Below are positions 1 to 10,092 of a stretch of DNA of 64,000 bases, piece after piece. The translations under genes and the position numbers were made by a program. The stretch lies in NCBI GenBank assembly GCA_963674825.1, contig OY771587.1:864001-928000 (forward strand). Direction: 5' to 3'. The first letter of the stretch is position 1, and the number at the start of each line of letters is the position of its first letter. The notes beneath the pieces were generated by a model. That model made no database searches, was not told the DNA's origin, and saw only the letters and a program-made list of their open reading frames with translations. Source of the DNA: Candidatus Cloacimonadales bacterium (lineage in GTDB: Bacteria; Cloacimonadota; Cloacimonadia; Cloacimonadales; JAIOQZ01).

Positions 1-477
1 GAAATTGATATCGCTTCCAAACTTCGATGCGATATCGTGCATCTCTTCTTGTGAAAGGTTCAGCGACCACAGCTCGGACAACGCCGAGATCGTAGCCGCA
101 GCATTGCTGCTTCCACCGCCGAGACCCGCCGCTACGGGGATCCTCTTTTCGAGCCGCACTTGCACACCCGACTCGACTTGATACTGCTCCTGTATAAAGA
201 ACGCAAGCCGGCAGATAAGGTTCTGCCGGTTTTGCAGAGATTTTATGTTCGTCAAAATCTCGACATCGCGTTTTTTTGTCAAAGTAAAAATAAGTGTATC
301 ATGGAGTTCCAGTTCCTGGAAAACCGTTATGATTTCGTGATAGCCGTCTGGACGGCGTTCAACGATATCAAGATACCTGTTTATTTTTGCTCTTGATTTT
401 CTTTCCCTTTGCTGTTCGATTTTGGTCCTGCTCTCCGTAGTAGTAGTAATAGTAGTAGTAGTAGTAATAGTAGCCAT
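1..477 (-). CDS. ispE: 4-diphosphocytidyl-2-C-methyl-D-erythritol kinase; 3' end runs off the window, start uncertain
   Basis: Not in the ORF track. Manual translation gives AKINRYLDIVERRPDGYHEI...LEKRIPVAAGLGGGSSNAAA...FGSDINF (GHMP kinase/IspE motifs). The nearest in-frame ATG is at 477-475, inside wzc. Confidence 0.9.
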   Translation of the reverse strand, partial: MATITTTTTITTTTESRTKIEQQRERKSRAKINRYLDIVERRPDGYHEIITVFQELELHDTLIFTLTKKRDVEILTNIKSLQNRQNLICRLAFFIQEQYQVESGVQVRLEKRIPVAAGLGGGSSNAAATISALSELWSLNLSQEEMHDIASKFGSDINF

Positions 478-2650
478 AACCACTATAGTACTTCTGCACT
501 TCCACACCGTTGACGATCACGCCCGAGATAAGGACGTTCACATTACCCAGGATTTCCTTGGTACGCTTGATGATCTGACGATCGGTTACACCGATACGAA
601 CCACCAGCGTCATCATATCGACTTTTTTGGAGAGAATCAGCGCGTCGGTCACCGCGATAATGGGCGGGGAGTCGAAAAGGACGAAGTCATAATGAGCCTT
701 AAGCTCTTCGAGCATCTGGTCCATACGCTTGGAAGCGATAATCTCCGAAGGATTGGGCGGCACGAAACCGCTCGTGATGATATCCAGATTGGGGATGTCC
801 GTCTTCTTCACGACGTCTTCAATCTTGAGCGAATGATCGATCAGATAGTCGCTGCTACCGCGCTCTTTGCTACGGTTGAAGAGGTTGTGAATCATGGGAC
901 GTCTAAGGTCGAGGTCACAAAGGACGACCTTCGCGTCCATTTGTGCGACAGCGATCGCCAGGTTCGCATTCGAAGTGGATTTACCTTCCTTCGGACCGGC
1001 GCTGGTGATCAGGATTGCCAGCGGACCATCGTGCATCTTCTTGGAGATGATGTTCGTTCTGAGCGTACGATAGGATTCCGCAACCGGCGATTTGGGCGCG
1101 TAATGAGTGATAAGACGCGCAATCATATTGAACTGAGAGATCTGGAGCTGTTTCTTCTCTTCACCCTCAGCTTTTTGTATCATCTTTTCAAGGTCTTCGA
1201 TATCGCTCTCTGCCACGTGGATGAACGGAATCGTACCCATGATGGGCAGACGCACGAAGCTTTCCATATCGTCCAGCGTACGAAGCTTGGTATCCAGCGA
1301 GTGGATAAGGAACGTGCTACCGATACCCAGACCAATACCCAGAAGAATACCGATCAGCATATTCAAGGCTTTTTTGGGCTTGATCGGCGAGCGCGGGATG
1401 TCCGCATGTTCGACCATCTGGATGTTACCCATCTTCGCCTGCTCTGCAATCTTGGCATCTTCATGTTTTTCGACGAGCATCGAGTATATTTTCTCGTTCA
1501 TTCGGTATGAACGTTCCAGACGCGCGAGTTGTAGCTCCGTGTCGGGCAAGATACTCATCTGTATCTTGTACGTCTCGAGCGCATCCTGGATACTCGACAC
1601 CTTGGATTGCGCCACATTTTGGTCAATTCTGGCCTTAGCGATATCCTCAATAAGCGATGCGCGGTAAACGAGCGGATCGGACGAACCGGCACGAACCGAA
1701 ACAACACGTTCGATCTCGCTGTTCAGCTTTACTTTAGCGCTCTCGATTTCTTTGTTCAGTTCGACCAATTCTGGGTGATTTTCGGTATATTCTTTCTTTG
1801 TCAGGAGCTTGGCATAGCGCGACTGGCTCTCGACAACGTTCTTACGAAGCTGTTCAAGCAGGGGCGATGTCAAAATCGAGTTTACATTCAGTAGCAGTGA
1901 GTCCTGCTTACCGAGTTCTCTATGAAGATATTCAAGGCGCCGGTTCGCAATCTGAAATTCAGTTTGAGCATCCTGCAGCATCGCATCCAGATCGGATGCC
2001 TGTTCGATAAGCTGCGTTGTTTCTTCGGAGAGCATGGATATACCCTGGTCACGCTTGTAGCGACGGAGTTCTTCTTCAGATTCGCGCAAGCGACGAGCCA
2101 TCGATTCAAGTGTGTTTTCGAGGAATTCGCGAATTGTGGTAAGTTCAGCCTTAGCGCTGCGAGTATTGAGCTGAATCAATGCTTCGGCAACAGCATTTGC
2201 AACAAGGCTCGCCTCAAGCGGATTCGTCGATTCACAATGAACGGAAAGGATATCGGTATCGCGCTTCGCTTCGACGTAGATCATGCCGCGAATCTTTCGA
2301 GCTTGATTATCGTACTGGTAAAGCGGTAACGATTCATACTCCGCATCCTTGCTAAGTATTTCCACTGCAAGCTGCAATACCGGACGACTCTTGAGAATCT
2401 CGATCTGGTTATTGATCGAAGTGTTGGATATTCCCGCTGTGGGTAAAAACATCTGTTCCTGTTTCGTCTCGATCAAAAGACTGCTGACAGCCTCGTAGAT
2501 CTTTGGAGAACGGACAGTATAAATGAATGTTGCCACAACGACAACCAGAAACACAAGCAGTACAACCCATTTCAGCTGAAAGATAATACGTAAATAGTCC
2601 GATAGCCTGAATTCTTGTTCTTCGACTACATTCGGTTTAAAATTCTGCAT
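368..2650 (-). CDS. wzc: Wzc-family polysaccharide co-polymerase / BY tyrosine autokinase
   Basis: Two TM segments flank a coiled-coil periplasmic region; ESYRTLRTN, Walker A GPKEGKS, DLDLRRP, FDSPP; C-terminal Tyr cluster. Confidence 0.92.
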   Translation of the reverse strand: MQNFKPNVVEEQEFRLSDYLRIIFQLKWVVLLVFLVVVVATFIYTVRSPKIYEAVSSLLIETKQEQMFLPTAGISNTSINNQIEILKSRPVLQLAVEILSKDAEYESLPLYQYDNQARKIRGMIYVEAKRDTDILSVHCESTNPLEASLVANAVAEALIQLNTRSAKAELTTIREFLENTLESMARRLRESEEELRRYKRDQGISMLSEETTQLIEQASDLDAMLQDAQTEFQIANRRLEYLHRELGKQDSLLLNVNSILTSPLLEQLRKNVVESQSRYAKLLTKKEYTENHPELVELNKEIESAKVKLNSEIERVVSVRAGSSDPLVYRASLIEDIAKARIDQNVAQSKVSSIQDALETYKIQMSILPDTELQLARLERSYRMNEKIYSMLVEKHEDAKIAEQAKMGNIQMVEHADIPRSPIKPKKALNMLIGILLGIGLGIGSTFLIHSLDTKLRTLDDMESFVRLPIMGTIPFIHVAESDIEDLEKMIQKAEGEEKKQLQISQFNMIARLITHYAPKSPVAESYRTLRTNIISKKMHDGPLAILITSAGPKEGKSTSNANLAIAVAQMDAKVVLCDLDLRRPMIHNLFNRSKERGSSDYLIDHSLKIEDVVKKTDIPNLDIITSGFVPPNPSEIIASKRMDQMLEELKAHYDFVLFDSPPIIAVTDALILSKKVDMMTLVVRIGVTDRQIIKRTKEILGNVNVLISGVIVNGVEVQKYYSGYGYYYYYYYYYYYYGEQDQNRTAKGKKIKSKNKQVS
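437..472 (-). repeat. (TAY)12 trinucleotide tract encoding the Wzc tyrosine cluster
   Basis: gtagtagtagtaatagtagtagtagtagtaatagta on + gives 12 consecutive Tyr codons on -. Confidence 0.95.
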
Positions 2651-2683
2651 AATTCCTCAATATATCGATGATAGGTATTCTCG

Positions 2684-3166
2684 TTACATATTTGTGATCA
2701 TTGTCACAACACTGAGCACAATTGCGATCTTCGAGACGAAGTCCGCAAAGCGGAAGAAAGCGTAGTACAGCGTACCGGACACAATCACAGTATCGCCGGG
2801 TTTCATGAGGGGAATCAGGCTTTCGTCACCGGTATCGATATATTTTTCGAGATCGATGAAGATGACCTTTTCGCCTTCGGCCGATGGACGAATGATGCGA
2901 ACTTGCGAGAGTTTCGCGTCTTCTGTGGGGCCGCCGGCAAGCGACATGAGCGTAAGAAGGTCCGTATCATCCGGGATGATATAAAGACCAGGCTTAAGCA
3001 CCTGTCCCCAGATATAGCTGTAAATCTTCAGCTGTTCTGATCCGGAAATCGTTCCGGAAAAGAAATATGCCGAAGAATTATTCGCGGCCTGGAAATTTAC
3101 CTGATCCTGACCATAAAGGCAAAATGCCATCAAAAGCACCATTCCGAGTAAAACGTATCTTTTCAC
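2684..3166 (-). CDS. SLBB-domain polysaccharide export-associated protein (short Wza-like)
   Basis: WGQVLKPGLY...LMSLAGGPTEDAKLSQVRIIR...MKPGDTVIV (SLBB). A signal peptide follows GTG 3166 with a GAGG SD; the ORF-track start at 3253 is probably too long. Confidence 0.75.
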   Translation of the reverse strand: MKRYVLLGMVLLMAFCLYGQDQVNFQAANNSSAYFFSGTISGSEQLKIYSYIWGQVLKPGLYIIPDDTDLLTLMSLAGGPTEDAKLSQVRIIRPSAEGEKVIFIDLEKYIDTGDESLIPLMKPGDTVIVSGTLYYAFFRFADFVSKIAIVLSVVTMITNM

Positions 3167-3227
3167 AATCACCTCTTCCCCAATTTTGTCAAAAAAGTTC
3201 ATCATCGTCACCTGCGTCAAGTATTTT

Positions 3228-4064
3228 TCATTCCACATAGAATTCAGTTTCAAGCGATTCGGAGCCTATTCCCGATTCGAGTGTGGCATCCTGTTCGCCA
3301 AATGCATCCACGCGCCAGTAATATGTTCCGCCAATCAACGGGCTTCCAGTGTAGTCCACTGTAAGATATAATTGATCCGGATCGGTGTCAGTCTGGTCGT
3401 ATTGCCATATACGCTGGCGATTTTCGTCGAACAGTAAAACGCGATATTTTGAGATCGATCCGCTGGAGAGGATTTCCCATTTGAATGTCAAATCATTGGC
3501 ATCGACAAGTTCATGATAATACGGCTCGTGAATCAGCGGTTTTTCCAATAGGTAATAACTCACCGTGTCGGAGACCGTATGATTACCCGAAGTATCGTAG
3601 GCATCGATGTAGTAGTACCATTCGTTGTTGATCGCTGTATTTCCGCCGGTATTCAGCGTCGCGTCGAGATAGACTACGCCTTCGGATGCGCGGACGGAAT
3701 CGATCTGGGTAAGCCCTTGAATGCCAAGAGCATTCTTATAGAACCTGTAGATACGAACGAAATCAACGTCCGAGTCTGCGAACGGAGCCCATTGCAGACG
3801 AAGCCAGTCACCGCTGGAAACGGCATCGATACCGTTGTTGTCGTCGTTCAGATCATCGATCTGGACCGGTGTGTTACCTTCAGGGTATGTGATCTCATAC
3901 GTAGTGCCACCATCACCGTTGTCGCCCAGATGGTGAATGAGGTCTGGTTTGAACGGAGGTGTTTTATCACCTTCGGTCGTTTCGTCTCCGGTACAGCCCA
4001 TCAGCAGCAGAGATATTGCAAGAACGATCCCAAATAGACGCAACATAATCATCTCCCCTTTCAT
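3228..4064 (-). CDS. Lipoprotein with Fn3/Ig-like domains, function unknown
   Basis: Lipobox LLMGC; Fn3-like motifs (LQW...YRF, YYYIDAYDTSGN, YYWRVDA). Confidence 0.7.
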   Translation of the reverse strand: MKGEMIMLRLFGIVLAISLLLMGCTGDETTEGDKTPPFKPDLIHHLGDNGDGGTTYEITYPEGNTPVQIDDLNDDNNGIDAVSSGDWLRLQWAPFADSDVDFVRIYRFYKNALGIQGLTQIDSVRASEGVVYLDATLNTGGNTAINNEWYYYIDAYDTSGNHTVSDTVSYYLLEKPLIHEPYYHELVDANDLTFKWEILSSGSISKYRVLLFDENRQRIWQYDQTDTDPDQLYLTVDYTGSPLIGGTYYWRVDAFGEQDATLESGIGSESLETEFYVE

Positions 4065-4066
4065 CG

Positions 4067-5080
4067 TTAGTAGATGAATTTGATACCAACGCGGTGCGTA
4101 TCGCCCAGGACATTGGTCACAAAAGCATAATCCAGGGCGAAGTTCCAGAATTTCAGGGTCACGCCGCTGGAGAAGTTTTTATCGTAGTAACCGCTACGGA
4201 GGGCGAGGGTCTCATCGTACTCCCATTCCATTCCGTAATGATAGATATCCTTATACTCATAATCGACATCCATGGCAAGGATAAATTTCGATTTCCAGGC
4301 CGGAATAGGCTGCGTGAGGGCATAACCGGTCTTTGTCGATTGCATGATCTCGTCTTCGTGGTCAGATTCGGTGTCCCATGTAATTGTGGTTCCTCCGATA
4401 TCTTTGAAGTTCACTGCGGCAGTTATATAACCGAGTCCCTTGGTGTCAAGAAGCACCGCCAGATCGGTCTTCATCATGACTGCTACATCGAAGCCCATGC
4501 CGCTACCCATGTTTTCATAGAGCTCGCGCTTGATATATTTGATGTTACCGCCAAAATTGATATCGACCGGGAGCTCGAAGAAGAGCCATCCGAGATCGAC
4601 ATCGGCGTGGATATTTTTCGAGAACGCGAACTGATACATGTCATCAAGGCTCTTGAAATACTCATCCGTCTCACCGGGAAGGTGAAGATCCGGATCGGAA
4701 GAGCGCTGATCTACTGTAGTTCCCAAGAGATATTCTTCGTCGTAATAAGGGATATCTTCCACGGTCAGCCTTGTCCAGTTCAGAGCGATGGTCACATTGC
4801 TCGGCAGCGGTTGTGCGAAGGTAAGGTTATCGTAAGTCGCGAGGTCTTTATAGAGGAAGGCATGCATGAAACTGAGCTCGGATTTCTTGATCTGAGCCAG
4901 TCCGGCAGGATTCCAGTATATGGCGATACCGTTATCGGCAATACCGGCATACGCGCCACCCATACCCAATGGGCGGACACCCGAGCCGATCGCCATGAAG
5001 TCGCCAGCATAACGTCCGGCAAATAAGAACGCCGTTGTCAGCAGAAATGCCACGATCAGGATTTGCTTTTTCATATCCAT
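4067..5080 (-). CDS. PorV/PorQ (UPF0164)-family outer-membrane beta-barrel, T9SS-associated
   Basis: Signal peptide, GSGVRPLGMGGAY...AIYWNPAGLA signature, C-terminal DYAF...LGDTHRVGIKFIY; directly downstream of a C25 peptidase. Confidence 0.8.
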   Translation of the reverse strand: MDMKKQILIVAFLLTTAFLFAGRYAGDFMAIGSGVRPLGMGGAYAGIADNGIAIYWNPAGLAQIKKSELSFMHAFLYKDLATYDNLTFAQPLPSNVTIALNWTRLTVEDIPYYDEEYLLGTTVDQRSSDPDLHLPGETDEYFKSLDDMYQFAFSKNIHADVDLGWLFFELPVDINFGGNIKYIKRELYENMGSGMGFDVAVMMKTDLAVLLDTKGLGYITAAVNFKDIGGTTITWDTESDHEDEIMQSTKTGYALTQPIPAWKSKFILAMDVDYEYKDIYHYGMEWEYDETLALRSGYYDKNFSSGVTLKFWNFALDYAFVTNVLGDTHRVGIKFIY

Positions 5081-5088
5081 CTACTCCA

Positions 5089-8000
5089 TTATCTCAGGAT
5101 TGCCATTTTGTAGGTCTTCTCAATTTCTTTCGAGCCTTTTTTTGCCACAACCCGATAGAAATAGACACCATTTGCCAGGTATTCCCCGTTCTTATCACGG
5201 CAATCCCAGCCCTTCGTCGTTCTTGGATACTCATGGTATCCGACAGAGGTAGGAAGATCTTTGAATTCCTTTACCAGACGTCCACTCACGGTGTAGATTT
5301 TAATCTTCACCTTATCGGCGTCGTCGGTTAAAACATATGTGAACCGCGTACGACCAATATTGTCGCGATGCTTCGCGTTCGATATCACCGGATTGGGATA
5401 ATTCGCCACGTTGATGATATCGAAGGATGTATTTACCTTAAAAGGAATCGTGCGTTCGTTATAGTTTCCGTTTACGTCGCTACAACTGATCAGCATGGTG
5501 TATTCGCCGTGCTCCAGGTTGAGCGGGTACTTGAGTGGTACAGACGTCAAGTCGCCGGCCACGGTTGTGACTGTGTATTCCGTCGTTGGGAGTTCCTGCC
5601 CATCCAGATAGAGCCGGATCGGATGATCGATGACATCGATACCGTTCGCGTCGGAACAGGTGAAAGAAATCACACCGGAACCAGAAATATACCCGCCCTG
5701 CGTGAATTCCTGATCCTCAACGTTCGCATCAATCTGTGGGATTGTAGTATCGTCGTTATAAAACACCGTGTAGATGCCAAGACGGTTTGTCTCAACCATC
5801 ACTTCATCTTCGGTCGCTGACGTCATGCCGCCAACTGAGACCCACTTACGATAATCTTCTTCCCAGCGATATATGTGGAATCGATTGTCTGATTCGCGAA
5901 TGGTGTTGATGGAATCGCTTCCGGCATAGTGGAAAGTGAGTTTCACTCTGGCGTTGCCGGGAAGCGTGCCCGTCGAATCAGCCAGAAGGCTCTCATCGAG
6001 GATGCGAATCTCGTAAGGCATCGACGAAGATGAATTGGCAAGCGTGATGTCATATACATCGGGCATCTCAACCACTTCGTCAACCTCAGTGACAGACAGC
6101 ATTCCGATTGTGCTGTCAGGGAATGTTCCCATCGGGATTTCTACATCGAGGTTCCCATCGATGCTGGTAGCCACATTGTCAGTATACGTGAGAATGAACG
6201 GGTTGATCGTGATCGTAAGGCTCTTGCTGTTGAGTGAGTAACTGCTCTCGGTGAAAGAGTGCTCCTCATTGATTTTCACCCAAAATTTATACGTTCCGGG
6301 CTCGGTCGGGAGCTTCAGTGTTACCCATGTCTGATCTGTCGTATCAAGAGTCGGGCATATATTTGTCGAGATCAACCGGAATCGATCACCGCTCGACAAT
6401 TCATGATAGAGCCTTGCCGAAGCTTCCGGAGAACTGGTAAGGCCGTAGTTGCGCACCAATGCTCTCAGCACTGGCTCGTGATTTTCTTCGCCGGTCTCGA
6501 TGCTCATAATTCGAAGATCGGGACCTTCGATCTCGTAGAAATACTGTTTACTCTGGAGTGTGTCGCCGAGGCTGTCTTCGATCTGGTATTTGTATTTCAC
6601 GGTGTACCCGGCGTCGAAAGGCGGTATCTTGCCATCGGAGAGCCAGGTATCTTCATCCTCGGAGTAAACCATATCAATGGTTCCAGTATTGGTCGGATCT
6701 TCCGAAAGCCACCAGTTAACATCTACGCCAGCAACGCCTTCATCGTCAAAGAATCTCGCGCTGAGGCTGACGCTGTCGTTTGCGGTGGGGATATCGGGTA
6801 TTGTTACCGGATCGACGATCGCGGACTTTCCGACGGTAAAGTTCGTGTAACCGGCTACCTCTCCATTTGCACCATAACCGATCACCTTGATCATGCGGCC
6901 ATAAATGCTACCGCTACTTGTGGGAACCAAGTAGTTCGTCTGGAACTGGCCATTCGTAACGATAATGGGATACGGAACATTGATACGTACACCGTCATCA
7001 TCGTAAACCTGATAGGTTGCGGCAACGACGTCTGTTCCAAGATTGGCGCTGATTGTGATCGTTTCATCCTCAGAGGGCGTGTAATCGCTCAATGTAACTT
7101 CCGCCTCGCGAGACGGAACGCTGAGCCGGATCATGGGATCACCTGACAGGATTGTGCCATAAGTGAGTGCATATTTCGGATTCGTACTGGTTATTTCAGC
7201 CCACACGCGTGACTTGACATACGTAATCAGTTCACCCATATTCAGGATACCGTATTTGAAAAGCCCCTCATTCAGATAAACGCTGAAGTTGTAGTCGTAT
7301 ACAAGATATCCGAGTCCAGAGAAACCAACATGTCCGATCGCGCCTGCTTCCGGCGTCATCACGAACACTTCGGACATGGAGACCATGCCTCGAGTATCGA
7401 ACGAAGAGCAATAACAAGCCATGCTGCTGACAAACGGGTAGTTGTCGTTGGTCAGGGTGGTTACGTCGTTACTGTTAAGCAGATCGTAGTCAGCCCAGAT
7501 ACGACCACCACCGTGGCCCATGAACTGCAGGAAGAGCGTTCCCTGCTCGATATAATCCTTCAGAATGAAAGTACCGCCGAAAAATTCCTGCGGAACACTC
7601 TGTACAGCTGTGTAAACACGATCCGATTCGAATCTTTTGGGAACATAATTACTGATAAGGCTCTCGCTATCCTGCGCAAAGATGTCGTCGTCGTCGCTCG
7701 CTTTACCGCCAGCAGCATATGTCATGCGGGAATGCCACATGTCATCGTAGTTAGGATTCTCGATGTAGTGCTGAGTTTTCTGCGCAACAGGAAGAATCTG
7801 GTCGGATTGCCAGACATTGATACGCGCGATATGAACTTCCGGTACACCGTCGTCGCCTTCTATACAGGCGTAATCGTTATCGCTGGCCGTATAGCCATGC
7901 TTGTAGGTCCAGTAGAACCGGATGGGGATCATGTTGTAGTAGCGATTGACGCTATCGTCCCGCTCATCGTATGTTCCTTCGCCAAGCAGCAGGACGTGGG

Positions 8001-10092
8001 TAATTCCATCCGTGCCGCCATTCTCAGGTAGATTCCAGTTATTATAGGCATAGCGAATAAAGTCTTTGATCGCGTCACCAGAACGGATACCATTATTGAA
8101 CTCGTCGTAGATATCTTCAACGGCAACGATTTCAACATCAATCGGTTTACCATAGATGCTCTGGCCATATTGTTCCCACAGTTGCTTGTATAGGAGAGTT
8201 CCTTCGTTTTCAACGAAGCGCTGTGGAGTAATGATCAGGTAGTTCGCAAAATGATCCGGGGATTTTAGATTGGATGGAAGGTTCGGGTGGATAAACTTCG
8301 CCCGTTTCTTCTGATCGCCAGTAAGAGCGATATACTCGAGACCATCGACTTCAATGTCGTCCTGGAACTTGAGTGTATAAGGCGCTCCTCCTGTCTCGGA
8401 GAACGCTTCCACAGTAGGATTCTCCATCAAGCTGGAGCCTATCTTGTAAACATAGATATCGTCCGATTCAAATCCTCCGACCTCGAACTGATAAACGCCA
8501 TAAGCGCCGTTCGCCGGTTTCGTAAAACGGATGTTGTCTTCATCGGTCTGGTATAGACGCCAGTAAGTAAGTTCGATCCAGTCGAGAAGTACCTGTTCCT
8601 GAAGCGCGCCGGTATCACCAGCGAGGCTTATATAGAGGGAGTTCTCGCCATGTGAAAGATAGCTGTTTGCCAGGAAGGCATCATCCTCGAAGAGCTGTTC
8701 TGACTGCCCATCCCACCACTTCGTTCCGATCATGGTCGAATTGATGCGCACAACCGCGTGATGGTCAGGATAGTATTCATCAGGGTGAGTAGAACCCATC
8801 AGCATCACTTTTGCATGAAACGGTCTTGTGTTCGACATATGTGGATACTGAAGCTCGAAAGGAATGATCTCGAGATTCGGAGCTGTGATCTGTTTCCAGA
8901 ACCATGTATCCTCACGATACTTAGGTGCGTAGAAACCGAGATGAGAATCGGTGAGTTGCTTCTCGAAGTGAACCGTTGTCTGATATGACTGCGGGACAAT
9001 ATACTGGTCTTCGTCGTACACGACAAGACCGCCGTTCTCCACTGCCATGCGTGCGCCATATTGATCCGAGAGTTTCAGTGTATAGACATTCTCGGAAGTA
9101 TAATCGTCGTAATAGCCTTCGTCACCAGCATGCCTTTCACCGAAGAACTCGATGTAATCATCTTCGTCAAAAGATCCGTCATTCTCACCGTGGACATAGA
9201 TAGGAACCGGGCCATTCTCGTTGTAGAGTGCCAGATAGCGTGGATCCAGTGTTGTCCAGTTCAGAGACGTGGCAAATTGCAGGCTGTCCTGGTAGACTTC
9301 CAGTGAGTCGGCCAATTGGTCGTAGGTGATATGATAGATCGCGTCTTCATCGACAACAATCTGGAGTTCATCGACAATATCGCTTCGGTTCTGACTGTAA
9401 TGCTCCGCTTTCTGGCGGGGTTTGAGCCATTTCCGTGAATAGGAGTCGTTCAGGAACATCTTGCTAAGGCCCGAGTCTGACCATCTGGCGAATTGCTCCC
9501 AATTTTCCGATGGCGATGTATCGCCCGTAATCGTTATCCTGATCGTCGCTTCACGCGTCACGTAGAGTTCGTTCGTGGAAGCTTTGTAGCGAACAGGATT
9601 GAAGATGACACCCGCAAAGTGGCGATCACCCATAAAGCCTTCGCCCCCCTTGTTCAGCATCATTTCAGGATAGATTGATTTACTGGCATATGCCAGGTTG
9701 TTTCTGAAAAATTCCCAGCTCTGTTCCTCTCCTTCAAGAACCATTTTCGGTGCCGGAACAGGCGTATAGCCGGATAATGTCTCGGTTTGCTGCCGCACGA
9801 CGTGAAGCGAGTAGTTACCATTGACCGGAAGTCCGATCATTTCCGAAAAATACGGAAGCTGCGGATAACCTTCTTCTGCGTTCATCGAAGCGCCGTCAAC
9901 ATGGATTGCCTGATAGGTAATGCCATCCCGCTCGATCGTCTCGAACTGTATTTCTGGCAGTTCGAACTTGAGCGTGATCTGACCGGCACTCATATCCAGG
10001 ATCTCAAACGGACTCGCAAACAGCATGCATCCGGAAATCACGATCATCATCGTGAGGAAAAAACGCTTGAATCGATTCATGAATAACCTCAT
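5089..10092 (-). CDS. C25-family (gingipain/PorU-like) cysteine peptidase with T9SS/FlgD-type C-terminal domain
   Basis: C25 propeptide (EEGYPQLP), IYDEFNNG, VLLLG, FMGHGG (His) and SMACY (Cys) dyad, CTD NYPNP...WDCRD...LANGVYFYRV. Confidence 0.85.
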   Translation of the reverse strand: MRLFMNRFKRFFLTMMIVISGCMLFASPFEILDMSAGQITLKFELPEIQFETIERDGITYQAIHVDGASMNAEEGYPQLPYFSEMIGLPVNGNYSLHVVRQQTETLSGYTPVPAPKMVLEGEEQSWEFFRNNLAYASKSIYPEMMLNKGGEGFMGDRHFAGVIFNPVRYKASTNELYVTREATIRITITGDTSPSENWEQFARWSDSGLSKMFLNDSYSRKWLKPRQKAEHYSQNRSDIVDELQIVVDEDAIYHITYDQLADSLEVYQDSLQFATSLNWTTLDPRYLALYNENGPVPIYVHGENDGSFDEDDYIEFFGERHAGDEGYYDDYTSENVYTLKLSDQYGARMAVENGGLVVYDEDQYIVPQSYQTTVHFEKQLTDSHLGFYAPKYREDTWFWKQITAPNLEIIPFELQYPHMSNTRPFHAKVMLMGSTHPDEYYPDHHAVVRINSTMIGTKWWDGQSEQLFEDDAFLANSYLSHGENSLYISLAGDTGALQEQVLLDWIELTYWRLYQTDEDNIRFTKPANGAYGVYQFEVGGFESDDIYVYKIGSSLMENPTVEAFSETGGAPYTLKFQDDIEVDGLEYIALTGDQKKRAKFIHPNLPSNLKSPDHFANYLIITPQRFVENEGTLLYKQLWEQYGQSIYGKPIDVEIVAVEDIYDEFNNGIRSGDAIKDFIRYAYNNWNLPENGGTDGITHVLLLGEGTYDERDDSVNRYYNMIPIRFYWTYKHGYTASDNDYACIEGDDGVPEVHIARINVWQSDQILPVAQKTQHYIENPNYDDMWHSRMTYAAGGKASDDDDIFAQDSESLISNYVPKRFESDRVYTAVQSVPQEFFGGTFILKDYIEQGTLFLQFMGHGGGRIWADYDLLNSNDVTTLTNDNYPFVSSMACYCSSFDTRGMVSMSEVFVMTPEAGAIGHVGFSGLGYLVYDYNFSVYLNEGLFKYGILNMGELITYVKSRVWAEITSTNPKYALTYGTILSGDPMIRLSVPSREAEVTLSDYTPSEDETITISANLGTDVVAATYQVYDDDGVRINVPYPIIVTNGQFQTNYLVPTSSGSIYGRMIKVIGYGANGEVAGYTNFTVGKSAIVDPVTIPDIPTANDSVSLSARFFDDEGVAGVDVNWWLSEDPTNTGTIDMVYSEDEDTWLSDGKIPPFDAGYTVKYKYQIEDSLGDTLQSKQYFYEIEGPDLRIMSIETGEENHEPVLRALVRNYGLTSSPEASARLYHELSSGDRFRLISTNICPTLDTTDQTWVTLKLPTEPGTYKFWVKINEEHSFTESSYSLNSKSLTITINPFILTYTDNVATSIDGNLDVEIPMGTFPDSTIGMLSVTEVDEVVEMPDVYDITLANSSSSMPYEIRILDESLLADSTGTLPGNARVKLTFHYAGSDSINTIRESDNRFHIYRWEEDYRKWVSVGGMTSATEDEVMVETNRLGIYTVFYNDDTTIPQIDANVEDQEFTQGGYISGSGVISFTCSDANGIDVIDHPIRLYLDGQELPTTEYTVTTVAGDLTSVPLKYPLNLEHGEYTMLISCSDVNGNYNERTIPFKVNTSFDIINVANYPNPVISNAKHRDNIGRTRFTYVLTDDADKVKIKIYTVSGRLVKEFKDLPTSVGYHEYPRTTKGWDCRDKNGEYLANGVYFYRVVAKKGSKEIEKTYKMAILR

